NCBI GenBank assembly: GCA_045863335.1 | Contig: BTVY01000035.1 | Span: 13,279-77,278, forward strand | Reading direction: 5' to 3' | DNA length: 64,000 bases | Origin: Candidatus Hydrogenedentota bacterium | Lineage (GTDB): Bacteria; Hydrogenedentota; Hydrogenedentia; Hydrogenedentales; SLHB01 | Part shown: positions 9,025 to 18,811 of the stretch, piece after piece | Layout: each line of letters begins with the position of its first letter | Position numbering within the stretch: position 1 is the first letter of the stretch | Translations under genes and position numbers: made by a program | Notes under the pieces: generated by a model | Seen by the model: only the letters and a program-made list of their open reading frames with translations | Told to the model about the DNA's origin: nothing | Databases searched by the model: none

Positions 9025-11010
9025 CTAGATGCGCTTATACACCGCGCTCGGGATGATCTGCTTCCGGTCGGTCAGGACGGCGCCCAGGACGCGGCCTTTA
9101 CCGTCGGCGAGCTGCTCCATGGCGCGCATGACCACTTCGCGGCGGGTGCTGTCGAACTTGACGACCATGACGATTCCGTCGGAGTGGCGCGCCAGATTGA
9201 CGGCATCGCCCGAATGGAGCACGGGCGGCATGAGGAAGATGATCCGGGAGAACCGGCCTTTCAGTTCGCTGAGCAGCGACTGCATCCGCTCGGACTTCCA
9301 GATGTACGTCGGGATATCGCGCTGGGCGCCCCGGCCCATGAGATAAAGCTGACCGGAGGTGGTCACGCAATCTTCCACGGAACCGCCGTCCATGACGAGG
9401 TCGATGAGGCCGCGGCCACTGGGCGCTTCCCGAATGCCGTCTCCGGATACGTCGACCAACAGGGTCGGCCCGGCAGGGTCGTCGGCGGTCGCGTCGGCCA
9501 GTGCCTTCGCGACGCGATTGGCGCCTTCGCCGGGCACGGAACTTACCACCTGGACAATTTGCAGGGCGTTTTCGCTGTGGGCGGCATCGAGTATGGCGCT
9601 GAGCCGTTGTGCCTCCTTCGGGTCGAGCTTTTCGCCGGACCCCCGCAGGAAGGAAGCCAGGGGAGGCACGCCCAGATAGTGCTCCAAGTCCTCGGGCGTC
9701 TTAAGCCCGTGGTCCAGATAGTCGAAGAAGAATGCGAGCGCGATTCCGCCGACGACGCCGGCGATGAGGCCGAGCACGAGGTTGAACAGCTTGCGCGGAC
9801 GAATGGGCGAGTTCGGCAGGCTGGGATCGGATACGACCACGATATTGTTGATTCCCGCGTCCGACAACACCGTGTTGACGCGCGCTTCCTGAACGCGTTC
9901 GGCGAAAAACACGTAGGCGTCCTGTTTGATCTTTGCTTCTTCCACGAGCGCGTCGTGTTCGTCGATGACGTTGTTCAGGTGCCGGAGCCGCTCTTCCAAC
10001 TGCCGGATCTGCTCGTTCGTGGACTGGGCCGAGATGTCGATGGCGTTGTTCAGGCGATCGAGCGCCTGCTTGACCTGATTGTTGATGCTGATGGTTTCAG
10101 GATGGTTTGGCCCCTTGGATTGAACGATCTCATTGCGGCGCAGCATGAGTTCGAGCAGGCGCAGACGGAGTTCGGTAATGACGGTACTTTGCGTCTCGCG
10201 CGCCAGGGCGGACATGATGGTGTCGTCGGCCGAGGCATCCGCATCGGCGCCCTCCGCGAGAGACTCCAGTTGCTCGAGTTCGAGGGCGAGCTTTTTGGCG
10301 ATCGTGTATTGCTCGAGCAGGAGGTCGCGCTCCTCTTCGAGGCCGTAAACATTGTTGGTTTCGCGGAACTGCTGTAGAGCCTGCTGCGCGGCGGTCCACT
10401 CACCGCGGATCTCCTCCGTCTTGCTCGAGAATACCTCGTCCGCTTCGACCGGCGTAGAGAATACCTCGTTATGCTTCAACTTGTACTCCTCGATCACGGC
10501 GGTGAGGATCGCCTGTGCCCCTTCCGGATTAGGCCACCGGCAGAACAACTCCATGGTGTACGAATCTTTGACCTGGCGGACCGAGATTGCGCCGCGCAAC
10601 ACTTCCACCTGGCGATTCTGGGCGTCCTCTTCCGAAGACATGGTCAGGACATTGACGACCGTGTTGCGTAGTTGGCCCACCGGGCCGGGTTGCGCCTCGA
10701 CCGCTTCGCGCGCGGCCACAGCACTGAGAACGTCGTCGCTCAGGATCATCTGGATTTCCGAGTTGACGTCCTCCTTGGTCATGGAAATAAGAGGCGTCGA
10801 CACGGAGTCCGTCAACGGTGTGGTTGGTTGCAGCGTTTCGCGCCCGCGCAGCAACTGCACCTTCGCGGAGGACTCGTAGGTCGGCGGCCATACCATATTG
10901 CCGACGAAGACCCCCGCCAAGACCAGCACAATGAAGAGTACGATCAGTACCTTCCGCTTGAACAAAACGGTCAAGATATCTCGAAGGAAAAGTTGCCGTT
11001 GTTGGTCCAT
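9025..11010 (-). CDS. Wzc/GumC-like polysaccharide co-polymerase with degenerate BY-kinase domain
   Basis: N-terminal TM, periplasmic coiled coil, P..PIRPRK + TM + DYLD; C-terminal VSSVPGEG P-loop-like domain. Confidence 0.88.
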   Translation of the reverse strand: MDQQRQLFLRDILTVLFKRKVLIVLFIVLVLAGVFVGNMVWPPTYESSAKVQLLRGRETLQPTTPLTDSVSTPLISMTKEDVNSEIQMILSDDVLSAVAAREAVEAQPGPVGQLRNTVVNVLTMSSEEDAQNRQVEVLRGAISVRQVKDSYTMELFCRWPNPEGAQAILTAVIEEYKLKHNEVFSTPVEADEVFSSKTEEIRGEWTAAQQALQQFRETNNVYGLEEERDLLLEQYTIAKKLALELEQLESLAEGADADASADDTIMSALARETQSTVITELRLRLLELMLRRNEIVQSKGPNHPETISINNQVKQALDRLNNAIDISAQSTNEQIRQLEERLRHLNNVIDEHDALVEEAKIKQDAYVFFAERVQEARVNTVLSDAGINNIVVVSDPSLPNSPIRPRKLFNLVLGLIAGVVGGIALAFFFDYLDHGLKTPEDLEHYLGVPPLASFLRGSGEKLDPKEAQRLSAILDAAHSENALQIVQVVSSVPGEGANRVAKALADATADDPAGPTLLVDVSGDGIREAPSGRGLIDLVMDGGSVEDCVTTSGQLYLMGRGAQRDIPTYIWKSERMQSLLSELKGRFSRIIFLMPPVLHSGDAVNLARHSDGIVMVVKFDSTRREVVMRAMEQLADGKGRVLGAVLTDRKQIIPSAVYKRI

Positions 11011-11117
11011 TTTAGTGTCCTCTCTCCCGCAGCGATTCGCCGTCGCAGCGCATCCGCTTCCCGGCCCTTCGGGCTGAGTTATTGTTCTTTATTTTCATAT
11101 CACTAAAACCACTGGGG

Positions 11118-12503
11118 TTACGGGTTGATCACGCCGCCGATGGGGATATTCGCGCCGCCCGACGGGAGCAAGGTAACGCCGGAGTTGAAGCTCTTGCTCT
11201 TACCCTTCGTGTTGATGTTCTGTTCGTTCATGTAATACGTGCCCGTAACGCCCAGGCTGTTGTCGAAGGGAACGATCTCCTCGATGTACTGTTCGACGAA
11301 GAGATTGGCCTTGGAAATGATCTTCTTCGGCACATAAACCACGTCGAAAGCGCGGAGGGGAATATCATTTTCCATGTGCCCCTGGAGCGCCTTGGCGAGA
11401 TTCGTCTTGAACACGTACGGTTTGCCGTTCGGATTGCGGCGGATAACCAGCACGCTGTTCAGGCGCGAGTTGTTGTTCGGGCCCGCGGCCATCATGATGG
11501 CCTGGAGCGCGGTGGGCGCGCCGTCAAGCGGGTATACGCCGTTGACGCCGACTTCGCCGCCCACGTAGATGCGCGACCCGGTGGCGCTCGCCAGATCGAC
11601 AGAGGTCTCGACCTTATTGAAGATCACCTCTGACGCCATGTCGTTGAGATCCTTGCGAATCTCTTCGACGCTGTACCCGGCCACCTGGACGTCACCCAGT
11701 TTCGGGACCGAGATCCGCCCGTCCGGGCGCACTGTATAGAGGCCATTCATGCCGGTCAGCGCGTTGTTGATAAAGGGGAACACGACCAGGGCTACTTCGG
11801 GTTCGTTACGAAGCACGGCGGCCGCCTGCTGCTGAATGGCCTTGGAGGCTTCGTCAACGGTCAGCCCTGCGATCAACACGTCATCCTTGAGGCCAGGGAT
11901 ACGGATCGCGCCGTCAGGGCGGACCACCACGTCGCGGCTCATGTTTTCGAGCCGGTCCGGGTTGGCGAAGTCGACGTTAACGGTAATGCGGGGCTCGCCT
12001 TCGATGATGCCGGTCTTGCTGTAGAGGCTCGTGAGCTTCTGGTTCAACTCATTGGCCGTCAGTCCGGCGGCCTTAACGTCCCCGACTTCGGGCATCGTGA
12101 TAAAGCCGTCCGGCCGGACCGTGCGATTCGAGTTCAGCGGCCAGTTGTTCAGGAAGCTGATACCGATGAGGTCGCCCACGTCGATCTTGTAGTCCATCGT
12201 ATCGCCCATGGGCGCAGTGAGACGGACTTCCATCTGGTCCCCGACTTCGATGCGGTAGTCCCAGGGCACGTCGCCTTCGCGGTAGTTCTGAACGGCAAAG
12301 ACAATGTTCAGCTTGTCCCCGACCTGTGTCAGGTAGGCCATCTCGGTGCCGCTCAACTCGGCAATGTCTTCCTGGGTGACCTCCTCGTCCTCGCCGCGGG
12401 GATCGAGGAGTACGGTGCTCTCGGTGGTCGCGCAGCCTGCTAAAAGCAGGGTCAGCGCCGCGCAGACGACCCACATGTGGTTTCTCATTCCTTTCGCATT
12501 CAT
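11118..12503 (-). CDS. Wza/OPX polysaccharide export lipoprotein with repeated Poly_export units and SLBB domain
   Basis: Lipobox LLAGC; three VRPDGxI..P..G.V..AG units; IYVGGEV..GVY; DVVYVP; RBS GAGGAGG. Confidence 0.87.
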   Translation of the reverse strand: MNAKGMRNHMWVVCAALTLLLAGCATTESTVLLDPRGEDEEVTQEDIAELSGTEMAYLTQVGDKLNIVFAVQNYREGDVPWDYRIEVGDQMEVRLTAPMGDTMDYKIDVGDLIGISFLNNWPLNSNRTVRPDGFITMPEVGDVKAAGLTANELNQKLTSLYSKTGIIEGEPRITVNVDFANPDRLENMSRDVVVRPDGAIRIPGLKDDVLIAGLTVDEASKAIQQQAAAVLRNEPEVALVVFPFINNALTGMNGLYTVRPDGRISVPKLGDVQVAGYSVEEIRKDLNDMASEVIFNKVETSVDLASATGSRIYVGGEVGVNGVYPLDGAPTALQAIMMAAGPNNNSRLNSVLVIRRNPNGKPYVFKTNLAKALQGHMENDIPLRAFDVVYVPKKIISKANLFVEQYIEEIVPFDNSLGVTGTYYMNEQNINTKGKSKSFNSGVTLLPSGGANIPIGGVINP

Positions 12504-12623
12504 CTCCATTGGCCTCCTCGTCCGCTTGGCTTTCGCCACCAGAACGATCCCGCTGTACGTCCGGACATACCGGTTTTCACGTTACCTGATCCCAAACCGG
12601 CGCTCGCCTGAGCGGCGCCGCAC

Positions 12624-13448
12624 TCATTCCCCTGCGCTTGTATACTCCCCTTCCTCGATATCGGCGTTCGTCGGCTGGACCCGCGGTCGCGCAATTCGCC
12701 GATCCGGTTCGGGTCCGGCAATTTCTCCCGGGCGAACCGCATCTTCAGGAAGCTCTTCTCGTTCGCGCATCCGAACCGTCGCCCCCAGTTCCGGGCGTTT
12801 CACGTCGAGATCCGGCGCAAAGGTCTGAGCCGGGTCAATCTGACGGCGCTGACGTGTTCTGGGTGTGATTCGGTAAGCGCCCGTGCGGCTTTCGAGTACG
12901 CTCGTGTAGATTTCCGCCGGGAGCCGCTGCGCTTCTTTGAAGATTTCCGTGACGAGAGGCGCCGCGGCTTCGAGCGCTTCACGGTTGATGCCTGACGATT
13001 GCATGGCAAGTTGCTGAAAAATGTAGTAGACGGCGTCCCGCGCCTTCGATGCGGGCACTTCCATCTTGCCAGCGTATTCGGGGTCCAAGTCGAGGGTCTC
13101 AAAGGTAATCCGGTACCACTCGCCCGGATTCTGGAGGTAGTTGGGCGCGGACGATTTCAGTACCGAAGCCCGCACCATGACTAGAAATGTCGGTTCGGTG
13201 GTCACACGCGGGGACACGCCAGGCGCTTGGGGCGCCACATCGACCAGATCCTGCCCGGCGCTTCGGCTACGTTCTATATAGCCAACGCGACATGTGCCAT
13301 AGGTTTCCTCGATGAGCAGCCGCCGGCTCTCGTCAAGGGGAAGACCGTGATAGCGGACCTCTTCCCCCCGTGCGAGCGGTGCAAGCCCCGCCAGAAGTGA
13401 CAGGCAGATTAGGCGAACACCAAGTGGCCCGGCGCTAGGCGTTGCCAT
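12624..13448 (-). CDS. Secreted hypothetical protein in the EPS operon
   Basis: Signal-peptide-like N-terminus; overlaps the upstream gene by 14 nt; no motif recognised. Confidence 0.6.
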   Translation of the reverse strand: MATPSAGPLGVRLICLSLLAGLAPLARGEEVRYHGLPLDESRRLLIEETYGTCRVGYIERSRSAGQDLVDVAPQAPGVSPRVTTEPTFLVMVRASVLKSSAPNYLQNPGEWYRITFETLDLDPEYAGKMEVPASKARDAVYYIFQQLAMQSSGINREALEAAAPLVTEIFKEAQRLPAEIYTSVLESRTGAYRITPRTRQRRQIDPAQTFAPDLDVKRPELGATVRMREREELPEDAVRPGEIAGPEPDRRIARPRVQPTNADIEEGEYTSAGE

Positions 13449-14412
13449 GGCTGCTCTCCTGAATCAACCCGGGCGCGCCGGTTCTGCGGTGAGGCAGGGC
13501 CAGGACGGTATCCGCGTAATGTTGGCCATCTTCGAGCGTGACGCCGGACAGAACGACGCAGCGTTCGAGTGTGGCGGGGGTGCGGATCGTCACGCGATCG
13601 CCCACGACGGTGTCTCGCAGGTCAACACCTTCCACGATGTTGCATTCCTCCCCAACAATGGATGACACATTCAGCTTTCGCAACTGGTGCAGGCAGCAGC
13701 TAATGAGATCGTGAGTGTACGTGAGATTGATGTCCCAAGTCACGACCGGCGCGACCCGCACCGGGTACTCATAGTCAATCAATATCTGAATCGAGTCCGT
13801 TAACTCGTATTCGTCCCGCATGGCCGTGCGTGGAGTGCGGCGAATGGCGTCGAATATGGGTAGATCAAACAAGTATAGCCCACACCCCTTCAGCATGTTC
13901 GCCACATGGCGCGGCTTTTCGATCACCCGCTTGACCGTGCCGTCTTCGTGAAGCATCACGGAGAAATTCCGCTTCACGGCGTCAACGTCGGTCTCTTCCT
14001 TCACCGCGAGGACGGCGGCAGCGCCGTGGCCTTCCATCTCCTCTATCATACGCTGAATGTCGTCGATCTCAAAAAAAATATCGCCTAGCATGAGGAGAAA
14101 AGGGCGGTCGACACGCGACTCGAGCTGTCCTACCGCGTGGGCAATGCCGAGGCGCTGGTGCTGTTCGACGTACTCGATCCGCACGCCAAAAGCCGACCCG
14201 TCGCCGAGCACCTGAGTAATCCGGTATCCCAAATGCCCAATTACGACAAAGACATCTTCGATCCCGGCCTGCCGCATGTAGTCCAGTTGGTAGGCCAAAA
14301 GCGGCCGATTGCAGATCGGCACGATCGGCTTGGGAAGTTCCGCCCCAAAGGGGCCCATTCGGGCGCCATGACCGGCGGCAAGGATTACGCCCTGATACCT
14401 CGGCTCGCTCAT
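13435..14412 (-). CDS. Sugar-phosphate nucleotidyltransferase (glucose-1-phosphate thymidylyltransferase-like)
   Basis: GVILAAGHGARM, PKPIVP, LGIAHA, LGDI, IEKP, EYELTD. Confidence 0.9.
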   Translation of the reverse strand: MSEPRYQGVILAAGHGARMGPFGAELPKPIVPICNRPLLAYQLDYMRQAGIEDVFVVIGHLGYRITQVLGDGSAFGVRIEYVEQHQRLGIAHAVGQLESRVDRPFLLMLGDIFFEIDDIQRMIEEMEGHGAAAVLAVKEETDVDAVKRNFSVMLHEDGTVKRVIEKPRHVANMLKGCGLYLFDLPIFDAIRRTPRTAMRDEYELTDSIQILIDYEYPVRVAPVVTWDINLTYTHDLISCCLHQLRKLNVSSIVGEECNIVEGVDLRDTVVGDRVTIRTPATLERCVVLSGVTLEDGQHYADTVLALPHRRTGAPGLIQESSHGNA

Positions 14413-14436
14413 GGCGTCGCGGCTCCGTGTCGCCGA

Positions 14437-15432
14437 TCAGTGCTGGGCGTGGACATCGCTGTACCCTCCTGAGGCGATCCAGTCGATGGTGCGCTGCAGA
14501 CCTTCCTCCAGATCCGTTTCCGCCTCCCAGCCCAGCAAGGTCTTGGCTTTTGTGCTGTCGGCGAGAACGCGCTGTATCTCGCTTTGTTTCGGACGCAGCC
14601 GGCTTGTGTCGGACACGATGGAGACGTCTTTCCCCATTAAGTCGGCGATCAATTGGGCCAACTCACCGATGGTGATTGCCCGTGTGGATCCGAAGTTTAC
14701 CACCTCGCCCACCACGGCGTCCTCTTCCGCCATGCGGATGAAGGCGGTGACGATATCATCGACATAGGTGAAGTTCCGCGTGGGCGTCAAATCCCCCAGG
14801 CGAAGTTCGCGGCCGCGCATCAGTTGCACGATGATGGTCGGTATCACCAGAAAACGGCCGATGCGAGGCCCGTAGATATTGAAGATCCGGCACGTGGTCA
14901 CCGGAAGATCGTAGGAGAGGTGGAAGCTCTCCACCGTGAAGTCCGCCGCCAGTTTCGAAGCGGTATACGGGTTGTGGGCGGCCAGCGGGTGGGTTTCGGA
15001 TATGGGTTCGCCCGCCTTCGACGCACCGTAGACGCCGGCTGAGGAGGTATGCACCAAGCGGCGGACATGTTCGTGCCGGGCTGCGGTACACACGTTCAAG
15101 GTGCCAAAAACGTTGGTAATCATGGTTTCTTCGGGATTGGCGTAGGAGTAGGCGACGCTCGTAATTGCGCCAAGATGAAAGATCGTATCCACGCCCACGG
15201 CCGCTTCGCGGACAAAGGCGCCGTCGCGCAGGTTACCTCCGCAGATCTCGAGCTTGTGGGCGTGCTTCGGGTCAAGGTTGCCGAGGTATCCCACGCTGCC
15301 CCGCATATTGCCGTGTACGATTCCGCGCACTTCGGCGCCGAGAGACAGGAGCCGCTCGCACAAGTGGCTGCCGATGAATCCGCCCGCGCCGGTGACCAGC
15401 GCTTTGCATCCTGTCCAATCCATGTCACGCAC
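14437..15432 (-). CDS. NAD-dependent epimerase/dehydratase (extended SDR)
   Basis: TGAGGFIGSH, YTASK, FNIYGPR, TRNFTYV. Confidence 0.92.
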   Translation of the reverse strand: MRDMDWTGCKALVTGAGGFIGSHLCERLLSLGAEVRGIVHGNMRGSVGYLGNLDPKHAHKLEICGGNLRDGAFVREAAVGVDTIFHLGAITSVAYSYANPEETMITNVFGTLNVCTAARHEHVRRLVHTSSAGVYGASKAGEPISETHPLAAHNPYTASKLAADFTVESFHLSYDLPVTTCRIFNIYGPRIGRFLVIPTIIVQLMRGRELRLGDLTPTRNFTYVDDIVTAFIRMAEEDAVVGEVVNFGSTRAITIGELAQLIADLMGKDVSIVSDTSRLRPKQSEIQRVLADSTKAKTLLGWEAETDLEEGLQRTIDWIASGGYSDVHAQH

Positions 15433-16168
15433 ACTCCACGGGATAAGGTTTCCGCCAGATTCCCATCATTTGCGTCGCGCAAGTGCGCAGTCCCGGAACG
15501 CGGAGTTGGGCGCGTTCGCAGGCGCGCACGAAGTGGGCCAGCGGCGCGCTGAAAATGAAGAAGGCCCACATGCCGGCGAGCATCTGGAAGCGCTCGATGT
15601 CAAAGCCCGCATCCCGCATCTGCGCCCGCAACGCGCGCGGCGTATTGGCCCGGTACCGCGTCGGAAACGTGTCTTCGTCGTGGCCGCCGAAGAGGTACTT
15701 CTTGAAGGCCTGCTTCGCCCGAAAGGGGATGAGGAACGAAATCAGCGCGAAGGGACTGTTTCGGTTCGGCGTGAGAATGGCCACGATGCCGCCCGGTTTG
15801 AGTACGCGAAAGAATTCCTGGAATACGCGGAGCGGCGCGCTCAAATGTTCCACCACGAATTTGCACACCACGACATCGAAGGAACCCGCGCGAAACGGCA
15901 AGGCATCCAGAGGCGCCATCACCCGGCCGTCCACGTATTCGTTAGCTCTCAGCCCCAGCACGTCCATGTCGCAGCCCACCACACAGCGGGCGTGGTCCAT
16001 GGAAGGCAGGTCGGGGTCTCCCCGGCTGCATCCCGCGTCGAGCAACAGCGTCTCGTCGTGGACGTGGGCGCCGATCGCCTCGTCGTACACGCCGTTCACG
16101 TCGCGCACCCAAAGCTTGATGAGCCGGTACCGGGTTTGCCCGATGCGTTCAACGACGCCAGGGTCCAT
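15425..16168 (-). CDS. Class I SAM-dependent methyltransferase
   Basis: LLDAGCSRG, LPF..GSFDVV, EH, RVLKPGG, DTFPTRYRAN; start uncertain (16168 or 16201). Confidence 0.85.
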   Translation of the reverse strand: MDPGVVERIGQTRYRLIKLWVRDVNGVYDEAIGAHVHDETLLLDAGCSRGDPDLPSMDHARCVVGCDMDVLGLRANEYVDGRVMAPLDALPFRAGSFDVVVCKFVVEHLSAPLRVFQEFFRVLKPGGIVAILTPNRNSPFALISFLIPFRAKQAFKKYLFGGHDEDTFPTRYRANTPRALRAQMRDAGFDIERFQMLAGMWAFFIFSAPLAHFVRACERAQLRVPGLRTCATQMMGIWRKPYPVECA

Positions 16169-16184
16169 GGCGAGGGAGCGCTTT

Positions 16185-17282
16185 TCACGTGAGGACTTCA
16201 TGGAAGATCCGTTCATAGTCGTCGGTGATCCGGTCCCAGTCATATTCGGCTTTCACGCGCTCGACGGCCACGTGCCGGAGCCGCAGGACTTCTTCGGGAT
16301 GATCCACGAGGAATTGGAGCTTGTCGCGCAGATCGTCCACGTCCCGGCTACGGAAGGGAACGCCCGCGTCCGCCACGGCTTCGACGTTGTAGGAGATGTC
16401 GCTGACCAGCACGCAGTTGCCCGCCCCCATGGCTTCGAGAATAGCGGGGTGGGTCCCCCCCACTTCCATGGCGTTGACGTAGGCGTAGGCGTTGGCCTGC
16501 AACGCGCGGTACGTGTCGCCGTAGAGCGCACCCGGAAATTGGATGCGCGGATCACGGGTGGACTTCAGCTCGCGGATGTAGTCGTCGGCGAACGGCGCGC
16601 TTCCGACCACCAGAAGGGTCTTGTCGGTTTCTACGCCCTCGAACGCCTTGACCAGCAAGTGGGCGTTGTTTTCGGGTTCGAGACGGCTCACGAAAAGGAA
16701 ATAGCTGTCGGGTTCGACGCCAATTTGTTCGAGCAAGTCCTGGCGGTAGCCGCGCTCGACGATATCGGCGCCGTACGCCACAAAGGTCGTATCCACGCCG
16801 AAGCGGCGTTTGTAGTAGTCCTTGATGACGCGGGAATCGGCCACGAGTACGTTGGAAAACCGTGCGGCCATCCACTCCGCGATCTTGAAGTAAACTTTGG
16901 CCAACCGGTTCCACTTGGCCCGTTCCCATTCCAACCCGTCGGTGTTCAGAATGACCTTCACGCCGAACAGCCGCGCGAGCCAGATGAAGGTGCTGTTACC
17001 GGAACTGCAATAACAGCTTACGTCCGCGCCGTCGAAGATCATGTGCATCGTCGACAGGAAGGAATGCGAGATGGAGTCCAGGTGCTTCGTGTGGATGGTG
17101 GGCAGATGGACGAGACGGACCCCGCGATAGGCCTCCGGATGCTCGTCGTAGTGCGAGCTACGGCAATAGACGGTGACGTGATGCCCCCGTTCCGCGAGTC
17201 TCACCGCTACATCCTCCACGAAGGTCTCGAAGCCGCCGTAGTTCGCTGGAATCCCACGGGTACCCAGGAAGGCAATTCTCAT
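16185..17282 (-). CDS. GT4 glycosyltransferase (DUF1972-type)
   Basis: MRIAFLGTRGIPANYGGFETF, NTDGLEWERAKW, RLEPENN, EVGGTHPAILEAM. Confidence 0.92.
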   Translation of the reverse strand: MRIAFLGTRGIPANYGGFETFVEDVAVRLAERGHHVTVYCRSSHYDEHPEAYRGVRLVHLPTIHTKHLDSISHSFLSTMHMIFDGADVSCYCSSGNSTFIWLARLFGVKVILNTDGLEWERAKWNRLAKVYFKIAEWMAARFSNVLVADSRVIKDYYKRRFGVDTTFVAYGADIVERGYRQDLLEQIGVEPDSYFLFVSRLEPENNAHLLVKAFEGVETDKTLLVVGSAPFADDYIRELKSTRDPRIQFPGALYGDTYRALQANAYAYVNAMEVGGTHPAILEAMGAGNCVLVSDISYNVEAVADAGVPFRSRDVDDLRDKLQFLVDHPEEVLRLRHVAVERVKAEYDWDRITDDYERIFHEVLT

Positions 17283-17665
17283 CCGCAGGCTCTCAAGTCC
17301 GGGTACGGTTCGGCCCGGCTGGTGTGCTTGAGTCTGTTTCGGAGCAACGAATCTGTCGCCGCGAACGACACACCAACATGGCCCATTCTCAGCACCCCAA
17401 TATACAACATATTGTGTCTCTCGTAAAGCACAGCAAACCCGACAAGTAAATTATAGACAAGAATCAAATTATTCTCAACCAAACTCCAACAACCGTTTCC
17501 AAATAGGAAGTTAAGCCGGACCACTTTTCACGATGCACGAAGGACTCGATTCGGGGTTTAGGCGGATATCTCCTCGAAAGGCGACCGAAAGGTGGCGGAT
17601 GACTGACACAAGCGACGCAGGGCGAAACGTAAGCGATCAAGATGTTGGGGGCATGAAGGCTGCGA

Positions 17666-18769
17666 TCAGTGGCCGCGCAATGCTTCCCGATAGCCCTGAA
17701 CCGCAGCGGCGGCCATGGATGCTCTCGTGAATCTGGCGGCCTGCGTGGGACCGGCGCGGTGGAGACGCTGTCTCAGAGGGTCATCCGTCAGCGCGGAAAC
17801 GAGGGCGCGTTCCATATCGTCCAAGTCGAGCGGATCGCAGGAGATGGCGGCGCCTCCGCAGACCTCGGCGATGGCGGGGTCGTTCGAGACGACGCAGGGG
17901 ACGCCCGAGGCGAGGGCTTCCAGCGCGGGCAATCCGAACCCCTCGTACAACGAGACATACGCAAATGCGTCCGCGGCGCGGATGAGCGTTGGCAAGTCCT
18001 CGGCATCCACGTAGCCGGTAAACCTCAACCTGTCCCGCAACTGGAGTGATTCGATGGCTTCCAACATGCCGGAATGAAGCCAGGCGCGTTTTCCTGTGAG
18101 CACGAGGGCGTGGGGGAGTCCGTGGTCCCGCAATTGCGCGAAGGCAGTCGCGAGCCGGGCGAGATTCTTGCGTGGTTGAAGCGCGCCAACATAGAGAACG
18201 AACGCTTCGGGAAGATCGTACCTGGCCCGAATTCTCTGCATGTCCTCCGCGCTTGCTTCAGCGAAGAACCGGGGATCGACCGAGGGCGCAACCACGTCCA
18301 TGCGCTCCTCGGCTACCTCATAGACATCGGCAATCTCACGCTTGATCGCATCGGTCAACACGAAAATCCGCGCCGCCCTCCGCAGCGTCCCGGGCGTCAG
18401 CAGTGCAAGCCGGCTACGCAGCAGCGGAGGGAAGAGTTCCGGAAAACGAACCCACCCGATATCGTGGACGCTTACCACCGTCGGGCACGGACACCAGGGC
18501 GGCGCCGCGTACTGCGTGTGAAGCAGGTCGAACCGGTGTTTACGCGCCAGCCAGGGCAGGACGATGGGCACGCGAATTGCCGAAGGCGTTTGCGGCAAAG
18601 GCTGAGCGGCAACGCGCCCGCCCGGACTCCACGTCTCGCTGGGATTGATTAGCCCCACCCACTCGATATCTTCGTTGGACTCGGCGAGAGCGGCGAGCAG
18701 TTCGCGCATGTAGGTCTCGTTCCCGCCGGCCCGCGAGCCGATGGCGTGGGCATCGATTCCGACCTTCAT
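17666..18769 (-). CDS. GT4 family glycosyltransferase (mannosyltransferase-like)
   Basis: GIDA, VHD, VGALQPRKN, SLYEGFGLPALEALASG. Confidence 0.92.
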   Translation of the reverse strand: MKVGIDAHAIGSRAGGNETYMRELLAALAESNEDIEWVGLINPSETWSPGGRVAAQPLPQTPSAIRVPIVLPWLARKHRFDLLHTQYAAPPWCPCPTVVSVHDIGWVRFPELFPPLLRSRLALLTPGTLRRAARIFVLTDAIKREIADVYEVAEERMDVVAPSVDPRFFAEASAEDMQRIRARYDLPEAFVLYVGALQPRKNLARLATAFAQLRDHGLPHALVLTGKRAWLHSGMLEAIESLQLRDRLRFTGYVDAEDLPTLIRAADAFAYVSLYEGFGLPALEALASGVPCVVSNDPAIAEVCGGAAISCDPLDLDDMERALVSALTDDPLRQRLHRAGPTQAARFTRASMAAAAVQGYREALRGH

Positions 18770-18811
18770 GGGTGAGATTCCGCAAGGCCCGGGATCAAAT
18801 GCGGACCAAAC

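Noticed and set aside
16180-16196. parS-like TTTTCACGTGAGG
   Set aside because: Only the core matches TGTTTCACGTGAAACA, and it spans a stop codon junction.
15483-17426. 647-aa plus-strand ORF, and similar long shadow ORFs (8986..10377, 25238..26527, 27058..29256, 32225..33820, 62641..63972)
   Set aside because: Antisense to well-supported genes and without motifs; expected in GC-rich coding DNA.
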